Made by a program: the position numbers and the translations under genes. This document shows, in pieces, positions 39,863 through 49,588 of a DNA stretch of 64,000 bases (positions are counted from its first letter, which is position 1; each line of letters opens with the position of its first letter). The notes under the pieces were generated by a model, which searched no databases, was not told the DNA's origin, and saw only the letters and a list, made by a program, of their open reading frames with translations. This stretch comes from Erysipelotrichaceae bacterium (lineage in GTDB: Bacteria; Bacillota_I; Bacilli_A; RFN20; CAG-449): NCBI GenBank assembly GCA_015059045.1, contig SVBD01000001.1, positions 140 to 64,139 on the forward strand. The letters run 5' to 3'.

Positions 39863-40876
39863 ATGAAAAAAAGTAAATTATTATTAGCTGCTGCATTATT
39901 AGTTTCAGGTTCGTTGGTATCTTGTGGCAATAAAGAAGCAGCAAAAATGACAGTTGGTGTTGGTTATAATGGTGCTTTCTCAGTTAAAACTGCTGGTGCA
40001 CAATTAGATTTAACTGCAGCATTCGCTTCATTCGACAAAGATGGAAAAATTATTGATGCTCGTTTAGACGTAGTTCAATTAAAATTCACATCTAATGAAG
40101 AAAAAACAGGTTTAGCTTTAACAAACACAAACGTTGATTCTTCTTACAGCGTTACATCTAAATTAGAATTAGGTGATGCTTATGCTATGAAAGGTTCTTC
40201 AGGAATTGGTAAAGAAGTTGACGAACAAATCGAAGCATTTGCTGATTGGACAGTAGGAAAAACTGTTGCAGAAGTAAGAGCTGCAATCCCAGAAGGTGCT
40301 GGACATGGTACAGCTGTTCACGCTGACTTAACAACATCTGTTACAATTACAGTTGATGCATTCATCGATGCATTACAATGTGCTTATGACAACAGAACAA
40401 CTACAACATATGATGTAGTTGAAGGCGCTAAAGCTGGTATCGCTTTACAATCAGGTTTAGCTTATAACTATGGTAACCCAACAAAAGAATTAGACGTAGT
40501 TGTTGCTGGTGCTATGGTTAAAGATGGCAAAGTTGTTGCTGGTACATTCGACCAAGTTGTTTACCCAGTTGCAATCGCTGAAGATGGTGCTTTAAGTGGA
40601 GATACATCTTCTAAATACTTAACAAACGGTGTATTAAAATCTAAGAAAGTATTAAAAGATGCTTATGCAATGCAAGTTGCTTCACCATTAGAAAAAGGTG
40701 AATGGTACCAACAAGCTGAAGTATTAGATGCTGCAGTTGTAGGTTTAGGACAAGCTGAAATTACAGCATTAGTTAAAGGCGAAGGTGCTTTAGCTGGTTG
40801 TACAATGACAGCTTCTTCATACTTAGCTGCTTATGCAAAAGCTGTTAAATATGCTCCATTAGCAGACGTTGCTTAA
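39863..40876 (+). CDS. Lipoprotein with two FMN-binding-like domains (putative ApbE substrate)
   Basis: Lipobox LVSC; internal duplication (DGKI..D, SKxxLxDAYAM, E..EQ/EWYQQ); candidate flavinylation sites TTSVT and AGCT; adjacent to the apbE cluster. Confidence 0.72.
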   Translation: MKKSKLLLAAALLVSGSLVSCGNKEAAKMTVGVGYNGAFSVKTAGAQLDLTAAFASFDKDGKIIDARLDVVQLKFTSNEEKTGLALTNTNVDSSYSVTSKLELGDAYAMKGSSGIGKEVDEQIEAFADWTVGKTVAEVRAAIPEGAGHGTAVHADLTTSVTITVDAFIDALQCAYDNRTTTTYDVVEGAKAGIALQSGLAYNYGNPTKELDVVVAGAMVKDGKVVAGTFDQVVYPVAIAEDGALSGDTSSKYLTNGVLKSKKVLKDAYAMQVASPLEKGEWYQQAEVLDAAVVGLGQAEITALVKGEGALAGCTMTASSYLAAYAKAVKYAPLADVA

Positions 40877-40900
40877 TTAGTATATTAATAACTAAAATTT

Positions 40901-40964
40901 AAGACGAAGTTAATCTTCGTCTTTTTTTATACATAATAAAAACGCTTCAATTAAGAAGCGTTTT
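40901..40964. terminator. Two hairpin terminators between convergent units
   Basis: AAGACGAAG-TTAAT-CTTCGTCTTTTTTT and AAAACGCTTC-AATTAA-GAAGCGTTTT. Confidence 0.8.
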
Positions 40965-41511
40965 AGTTTTTAACAGGAGCGACAAATTTAATATGTTTAT
41001 CTAATTTAGATAAAACTAGTGAAGAGGCAAATGAAGTTAACATTCCAGTTACGACTCCAGTAATCATTAATACCGGTAGATACATAATTAAGCCATAGGA
41101 GTTATAAATTATCATTACGACTATCATTTGGCCAACACCATGGAATACTGCGCTAGAACAAGATAATCCATAGATTGAGAATAATTTAGTTTTATATAGA
41201 ATTAATGCTATTAGACTTGATACTAGCCATCCTGAGAATGATAAGAAGAAACTTATTGAGAATATACCACTTCGTAGTAAACCAACTAGTAGAACTCTTA
41301 AAAAGCCAATGGATAAATATTCTTTAGGAGAGTAATAATATAAAACTATTAGTCCTATCGTATTGGCTAAACCTAGTTTTACCCCGGGTATTGCAATTGG
41401 TAGAGGAATCATAGATTCAACTATATTTAAAATAATTCCAATTGCTAAAAATAAACTAAGTTGAGTCATCTTTCTTATTGTCGAGGCGTTATTAGTATGA
41501 GTTTTCTTCAT
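40963..41511 (-). CDS. Gx transporter family / heptaprenyl diphosphate synthase component I-like membrane protein
   Basis: VESMIP, PGVKLGLAN and HGVGQ motifs. Start moved to ATG 41511, which has a GGAGG RBS. Confidence 0.88.
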   Translation of the reverse strand: MKKTHTNNASTIRKMTQLSLFLAIGIILNIVESMIPLPIAIPGVKLGLANTIGLIVLYYYSPKEYLSIGFLRVLLVGLLRSGIFSISFFLSFSGWLVSSLIALILYKTKLFSIYGLSCSSAVFHGVGQMIVVMIIYNSYGLIMYLPVLMITGVVTGMLTSFASSLVLSKLDKHIKFVAPVKN

Positions 41512-41956
41512 ATTTACTACCTCCATATACAATAATGTCACCAGAATTTTGTAAAGAAGCGCTAATTACAATTCTTACATCGTTAGGAATACAAACAATT
41601 GGGAGATTAACCATATTAACCCATCCTTGTTTGAAACAAGTATTATCATAACATTCTACTTCTTTAACTCTAACTCCTTTTTCTTTATCAAGTTCAATGA
41701 CAAAGTCATTGATTAATCTAGGATAGTCTTCTTTTTTTAAAGTGATAATTTGAGTTTCTTCAAGAGTATTTAAATCAATAGTATATTTATCTAATCTTTG
41801 ATTTTGATGATAGATATTAACATAGCGATGATCTTTAGAGTTAAATGATTGATTATATAATAAAATTCCCACAAGAAAACCAATTGCTAGTAGTAAACTA
41901 ATAGCAATGACAAAAATATCATGAATTTTAAATTTTAATGTGAAATTTTTATTCAT
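41492..41956 (-). CDS. NusG domain II (DUF1312)-containing protein
   Basis: N-terminal TM and VRVKEVECYDNTCFKQGWV...IVCIPN; sits between apbE and the Gx gene. Confidence 0.88.
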   Translation of the reverse strand: MNKNFTLKFKIHDIFVIAISLLLAIGFLVGILLYNQSFNSKDHRYVNIYHQNQRLDKYTIDLNTLEETQIITLKKEDYPRLINDFVIELDKEKGVRVKEVECYDNTCFKQGWVNMVNLPIVCIPNDVRIVISASLQNSGDIIVYGGSKYEENSY

Positions 41957-43253
41957 AGGTAATTGTTATTTTTTCTCCTTTAACTTCAGTATTTTCTTTT
42001 AAACTATTTGAAATATAGATATGCATATTATCATTATTATCAACATCCATAATTACATAACTTAAGTCATGATTTGGATAAAGTGATAGTAATGTTTCTC
42101 TTAAAGTTCTACTTTCTTCAATACTAGCGTTTACAAAGGCAGTAGAGAAAGCATCTAATTCACCATTAGTGAATGTATTTGATATTAATGTAACACTTGC
42201 ATGATGTAAAGAAGATTCTCCAGTATAAGGATTAATAATATGATGACGATAAATACGCTTATTATCTTCAGTAGTGAAGTAATATGATTTATCAGAAGTA
42301 TAATTAGCGGATGTAGATAAAGAGTAATCTTCATATAGTTTAATAGTAACTGCGACTTCTCTTAAGAATCCATTCGCGGTTCTAGGATCTGTAATACTCA
42401 TATTTTGATAATATGGTTCTACATAATCAAATTTAGAAAGGGAAGTAATTGAACTAGAGCCTGAATTGATAAATCCTTTAGTATATCCATTACTTACTAA
42501 AATGTCTTTAATAATATCGGTAGCATAACCTTTAGCAATACCTCCAGAAGTAATAATAGGGCGGAATTGTGAATTATTTTGACTTCTTTCATATCCATCT
42601 AAATCTTCAATGGCATTAAATATAACACTTTTATTTTCATCATTAAAAGTCATAATGTTTTCAATATCTTTTAATGTTGGAGAGCTAAGTTTTAAATCAT
42701 TTACAATTCCTTGACTTGAAGAAGAGAAATAAGGATCTAATTCATATAACATATTTGAATCATAACTTACTTCTTCTAAAACATAATCCCAATAAGAAGT
42801 TAGTTGACCCATATAGAAATTAAATAATCCATTTGTTTCTAAAGTTAATTTGTGTCCTAATTTTAGTAAGTTATAAAGTTCTTCAGAACAGAATATTTCT
42901 TCTCCTGTTGCATAAGAATCATTTACAGTTTTAATATTAGTTACAATAGTAGATTCATCTTTATCATAGTAATAATGGTGGCGATCCACTTTCTTATGTA
43001 AATCAACAACATTATCTAAAAATAATGTTTCTAGATTTGTATAAAAATCTTCACTTATTTCTTTATTATTAAATTCTTTATAATAAAGGACGCTCATGAC
43101 GGTATTAAAAGGGAAGACTACAGTATTTTTAGTAGTGGTAATAAAAGTTGTGGATGATGAAAAAGTAATCCATTCACCAGTAGGTGAAGAATTATTGCAA
43201 GAAACTAATAGCGATGTCATTAACAATAATGATAGTTTACTTATTTTTTTCAT
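41949..43253 (-). CDS. apbE: FAD:protein FMN transferase (lipoprotein)
   Basis: LVSC lipobox, GGIAKGYATD, LSTSANY, HHIINPYTG and DAFSTA motifs. Start moved to ATG 43253, which has an AGGAG RBS. Confidence 0.9.
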   Translation of the reverse strand: MKKISKLSLLLMTSLLVSCNNSSPTGEWITFSSSTTFITTTKNTVVFPFNTVMSVLYYKEFNNKEISEDFYTNLETLFLDNVVDLHKKVDRHHYYYDKDESTIVTNIKTVNDSYATGEEIFCSEELYNLLKLGHKLTLETNGLFNFYMGQLTSYWDYVLEEVSYDSNMLYELDPYFSSSSQGIVNDLKLSSPTLKDIENIMTFNDENKSVIFNAIEDLDGYERSQNNSQFRPIITSGGIAKGYATDIIKDILVSNGYTKGFINSGSSSITSLSKFDYVEPYYQNMSITDPRTANGFLREVAVTIKLYEDYSLSTSANYTSDKSYYFTTEDNKRIYRHHIINPYTGESSLHHASVTLISNTFTNGELDAFSTAFVNASIEESRTLRETLLSLYPNHDLSYVIMDVDNNDNMHIYISNSLKENTEVKGEKITITYE

Positions 43254-43316
43254 AATCTCTCCTTTAATAATTCCATACAAAATACAAACAAAATTATATT
43301 CTTTATATTTTATATG

Positions 43317-43345
43317 AAAAGGTGACATATACATATATGCCACCT
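43317..43345 (-). terminator. Probable terminator between rnfB and apbE
   Basis: The minus strand reads AGGTGGCATATA-TG-TATATGTCACCTTTT. Confidence 0.65.
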
Positions 43346-43353
43346 GTAAAATT

Positions 43354-43668
43354 TTATTTTACTTCAACAGTAGTTCCATCAGGACCAGGTGTTTCATGTA
43401 AATATGTTTTAATAGCTTCTTTAGCTTCTGCTTTTGCAACTCTACATGGAGCAAGAGTAGCAACTTGTTTTGTAACTAAAGCGTTAGCAAATCCTGAACA
43501 TCCAGGATAGCCACAGCCACCACAGTTAGCGCCTGGTAACATATTTGTTACTGCTTCTAATCTTGGATCTTCTTCAACTCTTAAGAATTTATCTGCAAGA
43601 GCAAGAACTAGTCCTAAAACGCCTGAGATACCTAAAGTAACAGCCATTGCGATTAAAATCTCAATCAT
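43354..43668 (-). CDS. rnfB: Rnf complex subunit B, short form (TM plus single FeS domain)
   Basis: EEDPR and LPGANCGGCGYPGC...C motifs; only 104 aa, with no ferredoxin-type repeats. Confidence 0.88.
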   Translation of the reverse strand: MIEILIAMAVTLGISGVLGLVLALADKFLRVEEDPRLEAVTNMLPGANCGGCGYPGCSGFANALVTKQVATLAPCRVAKAEAKEAIKTYLHETPGPDGTTVEVK

Positions 43669-43888
43669 TTTCCTTTTCTCCTTCTTTTTCTTCGTTTGGT
43701 TGATTACTTGGATGATGTGAACATGAGGTTAGTGAACAACCTTCACAATATTCTGATGGGTCGATACATCCTTCTGGTTTCTTGGTTTTCTTATTTAATA
43801 GATAAGTACCAACAAATAGAAAGACGCATACGACAACTACACCAATCGAACCAAGTAATTTACCTGTTTCACTAATTAATAAATACAT
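43661..43888 (-). CDS. Small membrane-anchored Cys/His-rich protein inside the rnf operon
   Basis: TM helix then C-x6-CxxC-x4-C-xHH; overlaps the rnfA stop and the rnfB start. Confidence 0.78.
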   Translation of the reverse strand: MYLLISETGKLLGSIGVVVVCVFLFVGTYLLNKKTKKPEGCIDPSEYCEGCSLTSCSHHPSNQPNEEKEGEKEND

Positions 43889-44463
43889 TAGAATGAAAAT
43901 CCGCTGAAAGCGTAGAATGCCATAGCCATTAATCCAGCAGTGATTAATGCAATAGCGCTACCTTTAAATGCTTTTGGCATTTCTTGATTATCTAATCTAG
44001 TTCTGATATGAGAGAAGATAACAATGATTAACATATAACCAACAGCAATTGATGCAGAATAAACTATTGTTTGTAATAAGTTATATTCATTTGAAACTAA
44101 GTCTAAACAAACTTGTAATACAACACAGTTTGTTGTAATTAATGGAAGATATACACCAAGAGCTTTATAAAGACTTGGAACATATTTCTTTAAGAAGAAT
44201 TCTAATAATTGAACAAATGAAGCAATTACTAAAATAAATACGATTAATTCTAGATAACTAGCTAATCCTAAAGCGACTAATAATTTGTCTAAGAAGAAAC
44301 AAATGATTGCGGATAATACGACTACGCAAGTTAATGCAAGTCCCATACCTACTGCGCTTGATGTTTTTTTACTAACCCCTAAGAAAGGACAAATACCTAA
44401 GAATCTAGAGAGGATAATATTACTACCTAATAAAGCAGTGAAAGCAATACCGAATAATTCCAT
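43888..44463 (-). CDS. rnfA: Rnf complex subunit A
   Basis: FLGICPFLGVS and LPLITTNC motifs. Confidence 0.94.
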   Translation of the reverse strand: MELFGIAFTALLGSNIILSRFLGICPFLGVSKKTSSAVGMGLALTCVVVLSAIICFFLDKLLVALGLASYLELIVFILVIASFVQLLEFFLKKYVPSLYKALGVYLPLITTNCVVLQVCLDLVSNEYNLLQTIVYSASIAVGYMLIIVIFSHIRTRLDNQEMPKAFKGSAIALITAGLMAMAFYAFSGFSF

Positions 44464-44477
44464 TGTTCTATCCCTCC

Positions 44478-45110
44478 TTATTTACTAGCCTTTTTTTGTT
44501 TAACAGCATTCATAATAACTGTGTATGCTGCAACAACAAGACCTAATGTGATAAATGCACCTGTGTTCTTTGCAAATTCTTTGATTGCATAGTCTGCAGG
44601 AATAATTTGTACTGAATTACCAGCCCAAGATAAAGCACCTGTTCCTAATAATTCTCTGAAGAATGCAACAATGATAATTGCCATAGCAAAACCTGCTGCA
44701 TAACCAACTGCGTCAACGATAGAATCAGTTACATTGTTTTTAGAAGCAAATGATTCAGCTCTACCAAGAATGATACAGTTAACAACGATTAATGAAATGA
44801 ATGAACCAAGTGATTGATATACATCATATGGTAAGAAAGCATGGAATAACATATCAACGATTGAAACTAAAGTAGCAATGATGATGATGTAAACTGGAAT
44901 TCTAACTTCGTTTGGAACAATCTTTCTAATTGCTGAAATAATAATGTTAGAGAATAATAATACGCCAAATACACATAAAGACATGTAAACAGCGTTTTCA
45001 ACTGTGTTAGTTGTACCTAAAGCAGGACACATACCTAAGAAAATTACAAGAATTGGATTTTCGTAGATAAGGCCATTTAAGAATATTTTTAATTTGTTTT
45101 TCATCTTCAC
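44478..45110 (-). CDS. rnfE: Rnf complex subunit E
   Basis: ENP..LGMCPAL, VRIP and LIVVNCIILGRAE motifs. Confidence 0.94.
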   Translation of the reverse strand: MKMKNKLKIFLNGLIYENPILVIFLGMCPALGTTNTVENAVYMSLCVFGVLLFSNIIISAIRKIVPNEVRIPVYIIIIATLVSIVDMLFHAFLPYDVYQSLGSFISLIVVNCIILGRAESFASKNNVTDSIVDAVGYAAGFAMAIIIVAFFRELLGTGALSWAGNSVQIIPADYAIKEFAKNTGAFITLGLVVAAYTVIMNAVKQKKASK

Positions 45111-45116
45111 GGCCTC

Positions 45117-45653
45117 CTATTTGTTATATGCTGCTAAATAATCTGTAGTACAAGCAGTTACAGCGTTACTAATTGCTTGGTAAGTTACAGATGAACCAGT
45201 TTGAGCTTTACCAGCTTCTAAGTTGTTAATGTTATTTTTGTCGGCACTTAACCAATCCATAAATTTAGCACCTTGAGCTGATTCACCATGACTTAATGGA
45301 ACATAGTTATTAATCTTACCTTCAGCGTATGAAATTGTGAATTTAATAGGTGTTGACTTACCAGCAAAACCTACTACTGAACATGTATAAACATAACCGA
45401 TTGAAGTTGTTTTATCAGCATCAGAGAAGATTTCTTCTTTTAATGTAACACCAATTTTTGCTAAAGCTTCAGGAATTGCTAATTCTGAACGAGCTGCATA
45501 GTTTTCAAAGTGTGTAAAGTAAGCAGCATTAGCTCTATCGAATTCACCTTTAGCAATAGCATCTTTTGTGAAATAATTTGTAACAGCAAGAACGCCACCA
45601 CATAAGCATCCAACTGTTCCTAAGAAAATAGGAAGTTTAATCATTTTATTCAT
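45117..45653 (-). CDS. rnfG: Rnf complex subunit G (FMN-binding)
   Basis: N-terminal TM, GF, HGES..G, and TGSSVT at the usual SGAT position; lies between rnfD and rnfE. Confidence 0.85.
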   Translation of the reverse strand: MNKMIKLPIFLGTVGCLCGGVLAVTNYFTKDAIAKGEFDRANAAYFTHFENYAARSELAIPEALAKIGVTLKEEIFSDADKTTSIGYVYTCSVVGFAGKSTPIKFTISYAEGKINNYVPLSHGESAQGAKFMDWLSADKNNINNLEAGKAQTGSSVTYQAISNAVTACTTDYLAAYNK

Positions 45654-45669
45654 ATTTCATATCCTCCTA

Positions 45670-47277
45670 TTAATTTCCTAAGCTTACGTGTAATTCGCAA
45701 GCTGATTTAACGATTTCTTGAATACCGTTCATAGAATATGTTACACCAGTATTTCCTGCAGCAGTAATAGTTGTATCTGTAGTGAAATCACTATTAGCGT
45801 AATCGTATCCTGATAATTGTTCGTTTACTTTAGAACCATAAGCAGCACCAGCAAATCCACCTTTACCGATAGAGATACCTAATACTTTATCTGATTCAGT
45901 TGAAATAGCAACAAGTAATGTTGTTTTGCTGTGAGATGAGTGACCAGCCATATCAATTGAGAATTCGCCTGCAACACTATAGACAACAGCAACTTGGTTT
46001 CCGTTTTCATCTACAATTGAGTAGATTGATTGTAAATTACCAACTGTTGGTAATGCAGTTGAAGGAGTATTTCCTTCATATAATGCGAATTCATAGTTAT
46101 TTTCTTCCATGAATCCATAATTTGTTGTTGCAACTAATTCATCATATTCTTGTCTACCAATACCATTAATTGTATTGACTTCTTTACCACCGTTTGTGAA
46201 CCAAGCAGCACATACTACAGCAGCGATTGTAGCAGCTGATGTACCAAATGTAACTAATGATTTTCTTAATTGTTTATCTCCAGTCTTACCTGTGATTAAT
46301 GAATCAAGTGATGGAGAAATCATATTAACGATTGCGATTGAGTAAACAACACCTTCAGCACCATTTGTACAAATTCTTATTAACATAGTTAATAAAGCAG
46401 CAATTGTACCGACTAAACAGTTTCCAAATGGAGAAGTTGGAGTTGTAACTGGATCAGTTAACATGAAGACAGCACCGAATGCAGCGCCACCTAAACCAAC
46501 GTGGAATACAACATATAATAATGGGTTTTCAAATCCTAAGATTAAACCAATTAATAATGAAGTAACAGCGATTGTTCCTAAATAGAAAGCAGGAGCTCTC
46601 CAGTTAATAACACCTCTGATTGATAGTACAACACCTAATATAATAATAAGGATAGTGAATGTTTCACCCATTGTACCAAAATAGTTACCTAATAAGATAT
46701 CCATCATTGAATATCCTTCAAGTGCGAAGCTACCTAACCATTGTTGTGAAGAATTTACAACACCAGTTAATGTTGCACCAGTTGTTGCATCTAAACCTGC
46801 AGTTACATCTTTAGGAGCAGACATATCGAAGCATAATTGAACTAAGATTCTACCCATTGCAGCAGGGTTGAAGATGTTTTTGCCGAAACCACCAAATACC
46901 AATTTAGCGATAACAGTTGAGAAGATTGAACCAACAACAATTACATAGTAGCTTGTCCAAACTGGGCAACATAATGTGAAGATAATTGCTGTAATCCATG
47001 AATAGTTATGAATGACATCATAACCAATTTTCTTTAATAATGTTTTATCTTTCTTATTTGTTAATACAGTATTGATTGCATCGCAACCTGCTGTAACAGC
47101 AAGAGCAACAACCATTAATAAGATTGATTTTAAACCATAACCAGCACCTAATTTAATAAATGAAGTAACTACTGCTGCTAACCATACGATTGCAAGAGCA
47201 ATACCAAGTTCGATCATGATTTGTAATGTTGATTTTTTAGTCCTTAAATAAGGAGCTGAATTTGTTTTATATGCCAT
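45670..47277 (-). CDS. rnfD: Rnf complex subunit D with C-terminal FMN-binding-like extension
   Basis: FGGFGKNIFNPA, TTGAT, GET and FMLTDPVTTP motifs, plus a soluble tail of about 170 aa containing TGVTYS. Confidence 0.9.
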   Translation of the reverse strand: MAYKTNSAPYLRTKKSTLQIMIELGIALAIVWLAAVVTSFIKLGAGYGLKSILLMVVALAVTAGCDAINTVLTNKKDKTLLKKIGYDVIHNYSWITAIIFTLCCPVWTSYYVIVVGSIFSTVIAKLVFGGFGKNIFNPAAMGRILVQLCFDMSAPKDVTAGLDATTGATLTGVVNSSQQWLGSFALEGYSMMDILLGNYFGTMGETFTILIIILGVVLSIRGVINWRAPAFYLGTIAVTSLLIGLILGFENPLLYVVFHVGLGGAAFGAVFMLTDPVTTPTSPFGNCLVGTIAALLTMLIRICTNGAEGVVYSIAIVNMISPSLDSLITGKTGDKQLRKSLVTFGTSAATIAAVVCAAWFTNGGKEVNTINGIGRQEYDELVATTNYGFMEENNYEFALYEGNTPSTALPTVGNLQSIYSIVDENGNQVAVVYSVAGEFSIDMAGHSSHSKTTLLVAISTESDKVLGISIGKGGFAGAAYGSKVNEQLSGYDYANSDFTTDTTITAAGNTGVTYSMNGIQEIVKSACELHVSLGN

Positions 47278-47291
47278 TTTGTTCTTCCTCC

Positions 47292-48596
47292 TTATTTCTT
47301 TTGTGATAATTTAAATCTTGTTACTGTTTTAGCGTTCTTCATTGCATCTGTTAATTCGATTCTTGAAGGACATGAATATGAACACATACCACATTCAACA
47401 CAAGACATAACATTTAATTTAATCATTCTGTCATAATCTTTTGCTTTTAAAGCGCGTCTAATTTCAACTGGTTGTAATCCAGCAGGGCAGTGATGTGTAC
47501 AACTTCCACATCTTAAACATGGTTCTTCCTTATATGTTTTTGCTTTAAGGATTGTTAATGCACCCATTTGCATATACATAGGGAATAAATCAGTGTTTAC
47601 TGCTTTACTACACATTGGTCCACCTGGAATTAAGTTGATATCTAATTCGTGGTTAACACCGACTGCATCGATTAATTCTTTTGCTAATGTACCAATTTTA
47701 CAAACTACGTTAGTAGGATTTAAGACTGCGTCACCAGAAACTGTAATTGTTCTTTCTGAAATTGGATGACCTTTTAAAAGTACGCTACCAATTGAAATAA
47801 CTGTTTGACCATTACTGATTACAACACCAATTTCACCTGGTAAACGATCGTATTCTTTATGGAATACTTCTTTAATTAATGTTCTTTCCCATCCCATTGG
47901 ATAAACATCTGGGACTTCTTGAACAACAACGTTTGGATGTGAATCTAGTTGAGCACGAATTGCATCTCTAACTTCTTCTTTGTGAACTTTGATAGCGATA
48001 ATTGCTTTTTCTGCACCACTAGCTTTCATTAATAATTCACAACCATTTAATAAGTCTTCTACATTATCCTTCATTGTTACGAAGTCTGTAGTAAGGAATG
48101 GTTCACATTCAACACCATTAACTAATAATGTGTGAATACCTTTTGGGTTATTGTATTTTACATAAGTAGGGAACCCAGCACCACCTAAACCAACTAATCC
48201 AGCTTCTTTAATAGCTTCGAAGATTTCTTCTTTTGTGCTATCAAGAGTAACAGTTTTTAATGGATCACTTGGAGTGTTTAGACCATCGCTTTCAATAACG
48301 ATGTGTTTGGTTGGTCTATTAGCACTTGTACTGAATACATTTTCAAATTCTAATACTGTTCCTGAGACTGATGAGTAAATAGGAACATAGAAGTCAGTTC
48401 TTTCAGCAATTCTTTGTCCAACCTTAACTTTGTCTCCAGGAGCAACTAAAACTTTGATTGCTGTGTTATTTGGAGCCATAGTAGGAAAATAGACTTTAGA
48501 ACCCTTCTTAGAATCTAAGTGAATGATTTCAGAATGCTTTGATAGTTCTTTATGACCATCTAAGTGTCTACGACCGACAGATCTAAATAAAATCAT
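47292..48596 (-). CDS. rnfC: Rnf complex subunit C
   Basis: GLGGAGFPT, NGVECEP and two CxxCxxCxxxCP motifs. Confidence 0.95.
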   Translation of the reverse strand: MILFRSVGRRHLDGHKELSKHSEIIHLDSKKGSKVYFPTMAPNNTAIKVLVAPGDKVKVGQRIAERTDFYVPIYSSVSGTVLEFENVFSTSANRPTKHIVIESDGLNTPSDPLKTVTLDSTKEEIFEAIKEAGLVGLGGAGFPTYVKYNNPKGIHTLLVNGVECEPFLTTDFVTMKDNVEDLLNGCELLMKASGAEKAIIAIKVHKEEVRDAIRAQLDSHPNVVVQEVPDVYPMGWERTLIKEVFHKEYDRLPGEIGVVISNGQTVISIGSVLLKGHPISERTITVSGDAVLNPTNVVCKIGTLAKELIDAVGVNHELDINLIPGGPMCSKAVNTDLFPMYMQMGALTILKAKTYKEEPCLRCGSCTHHCPAGLQPVEIRRALKAKDYDRMIKLNVMSCVECGMCSYSCPSRIELTDAMKNAKTVTRFKLSQKK

Positions 48597-48762
48597 TTTT
48601 CTCTTCCTCTCTTCTTAACGGAACAATTATAACACTATTATTTACTAAATACATTAAAAATTTATTTTTAAAACAAAGTTTTTTTAAAAATATTCTGTTA
48701 TTTTATTTTTGATAAAAAAATATCAATTAAAATTTTTAATTAGGTTGAAATATATATAAATA

Positions 48763-49281
48763 GTGTTAAAATTAGTTAATTGGAAAGAAGGGATTGTAGT
48801 GTTTATTTTATTATTTTTAATATGGTTGCTATTTAATAACTACTACGCTTGGGATATTTATTTCTTAGAAATTGTCTTATTTGGATTATTTGTTTGTTCC
48901 TTAGTTTATTTATTTGTTATTAAATTTACACCAATCACATTTAAAAGAGATTTAAGAATTTCTATGAATGTATTATGGATACTTTTATATTTCCTAGTGC
49001 TAATTAAAGAAGTAATTATCGCTAATATAAAAGTTTTAAAAATAATTTTAAGTAGAAAAGATAAACCTGAACCTGAAATTGTTACCTTTAACCTACCAGT
49101 TAAATCGAAGTTACTTAGAGTAATGCTTGCTAATGCAATTACATTAACTCCTGGTACTATCACAATTTCATTACAAGATGATAAGTATATCGTTCACTGC
49201 TTAAAAAGAGAGTTTATCGAAGGCTTTGAAGATTCACAATTAGTTAGAATCATCAAACGAATTGAAGGAGGTAAAAAATAA
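48763..49281 (+). CDS. mrpE: Na+/H+ antiporter subunit E (MrpE/MbhA-like)
   Basis: LANAITLTPGT and VHCL motifs; the true start may be GTG 48799. Confidence 0.9.
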   Translation: MLKLVNWKEGIVVFILLFLIWLLFNNYYAWDIYFLEIVLFGLFVCSLVYLFVIKFTPITFKRDLRISMNVLWILLYFLVLIKEVIIANIKVLKIILSRKDKPEPEIVTFNLPVKSKLLRVMLANAITLTPGTITISLQDDKYIVHCLKREFIEGFEDSQLVRIIKRIEGGKK

Positions 49282-49282
49282 T

Positions 49283-49588
49283 ATGACTATAGAATTAGCT
49301 TATGAAATTTTAATTACCTCAGCTCTAATTATTTTAGCGCTAAGCATTATGACCGCAATTATTAAATCGATAATTGGACCTAGATTAACAGATAGAATTG
49401 TATCTGTAAATATGGTTGGTACATGTGTAGTTTCATGTATTGTATTATTAACTATTTATTTAAAAGAGAGTTTTCTTTTAGATATGAGTTTAATTTATGT
49501 TATTATTTCATTTATTGCCGTTGTAGTTTTGACAAACGTATTTGTTAACAAATACGAAGAAAACAAAGAAAAGGATGGTGATGAGTAA
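49283..49588 (+). CDS. mrpF: Na+/H+ antiporter subunit F
   Basis: GPRLTDRIV motif. Start moved to ATG 49283 behind AGGAGG. Confidence 0.9.
   Translation: MTIELAYEILITSALIILALSIMTAIIKSIIGPRLTDRIVSVNMVGTCVVSCIVLLTIYLKESFLLDMSLIYVIISFIAVVVLTNVFVNKYEENKEKDGDE

Noticed and set aside
48597-48800. Rex or other operator in the rnf/mrp divergent gap
   Set aside because: No TTGTGAA-N4-TTCACAA-like site; only AT-rich pseudo-palindromes and an extended -10 (TGTTATAAT, minus strand, 48626-48634) for rnfC.
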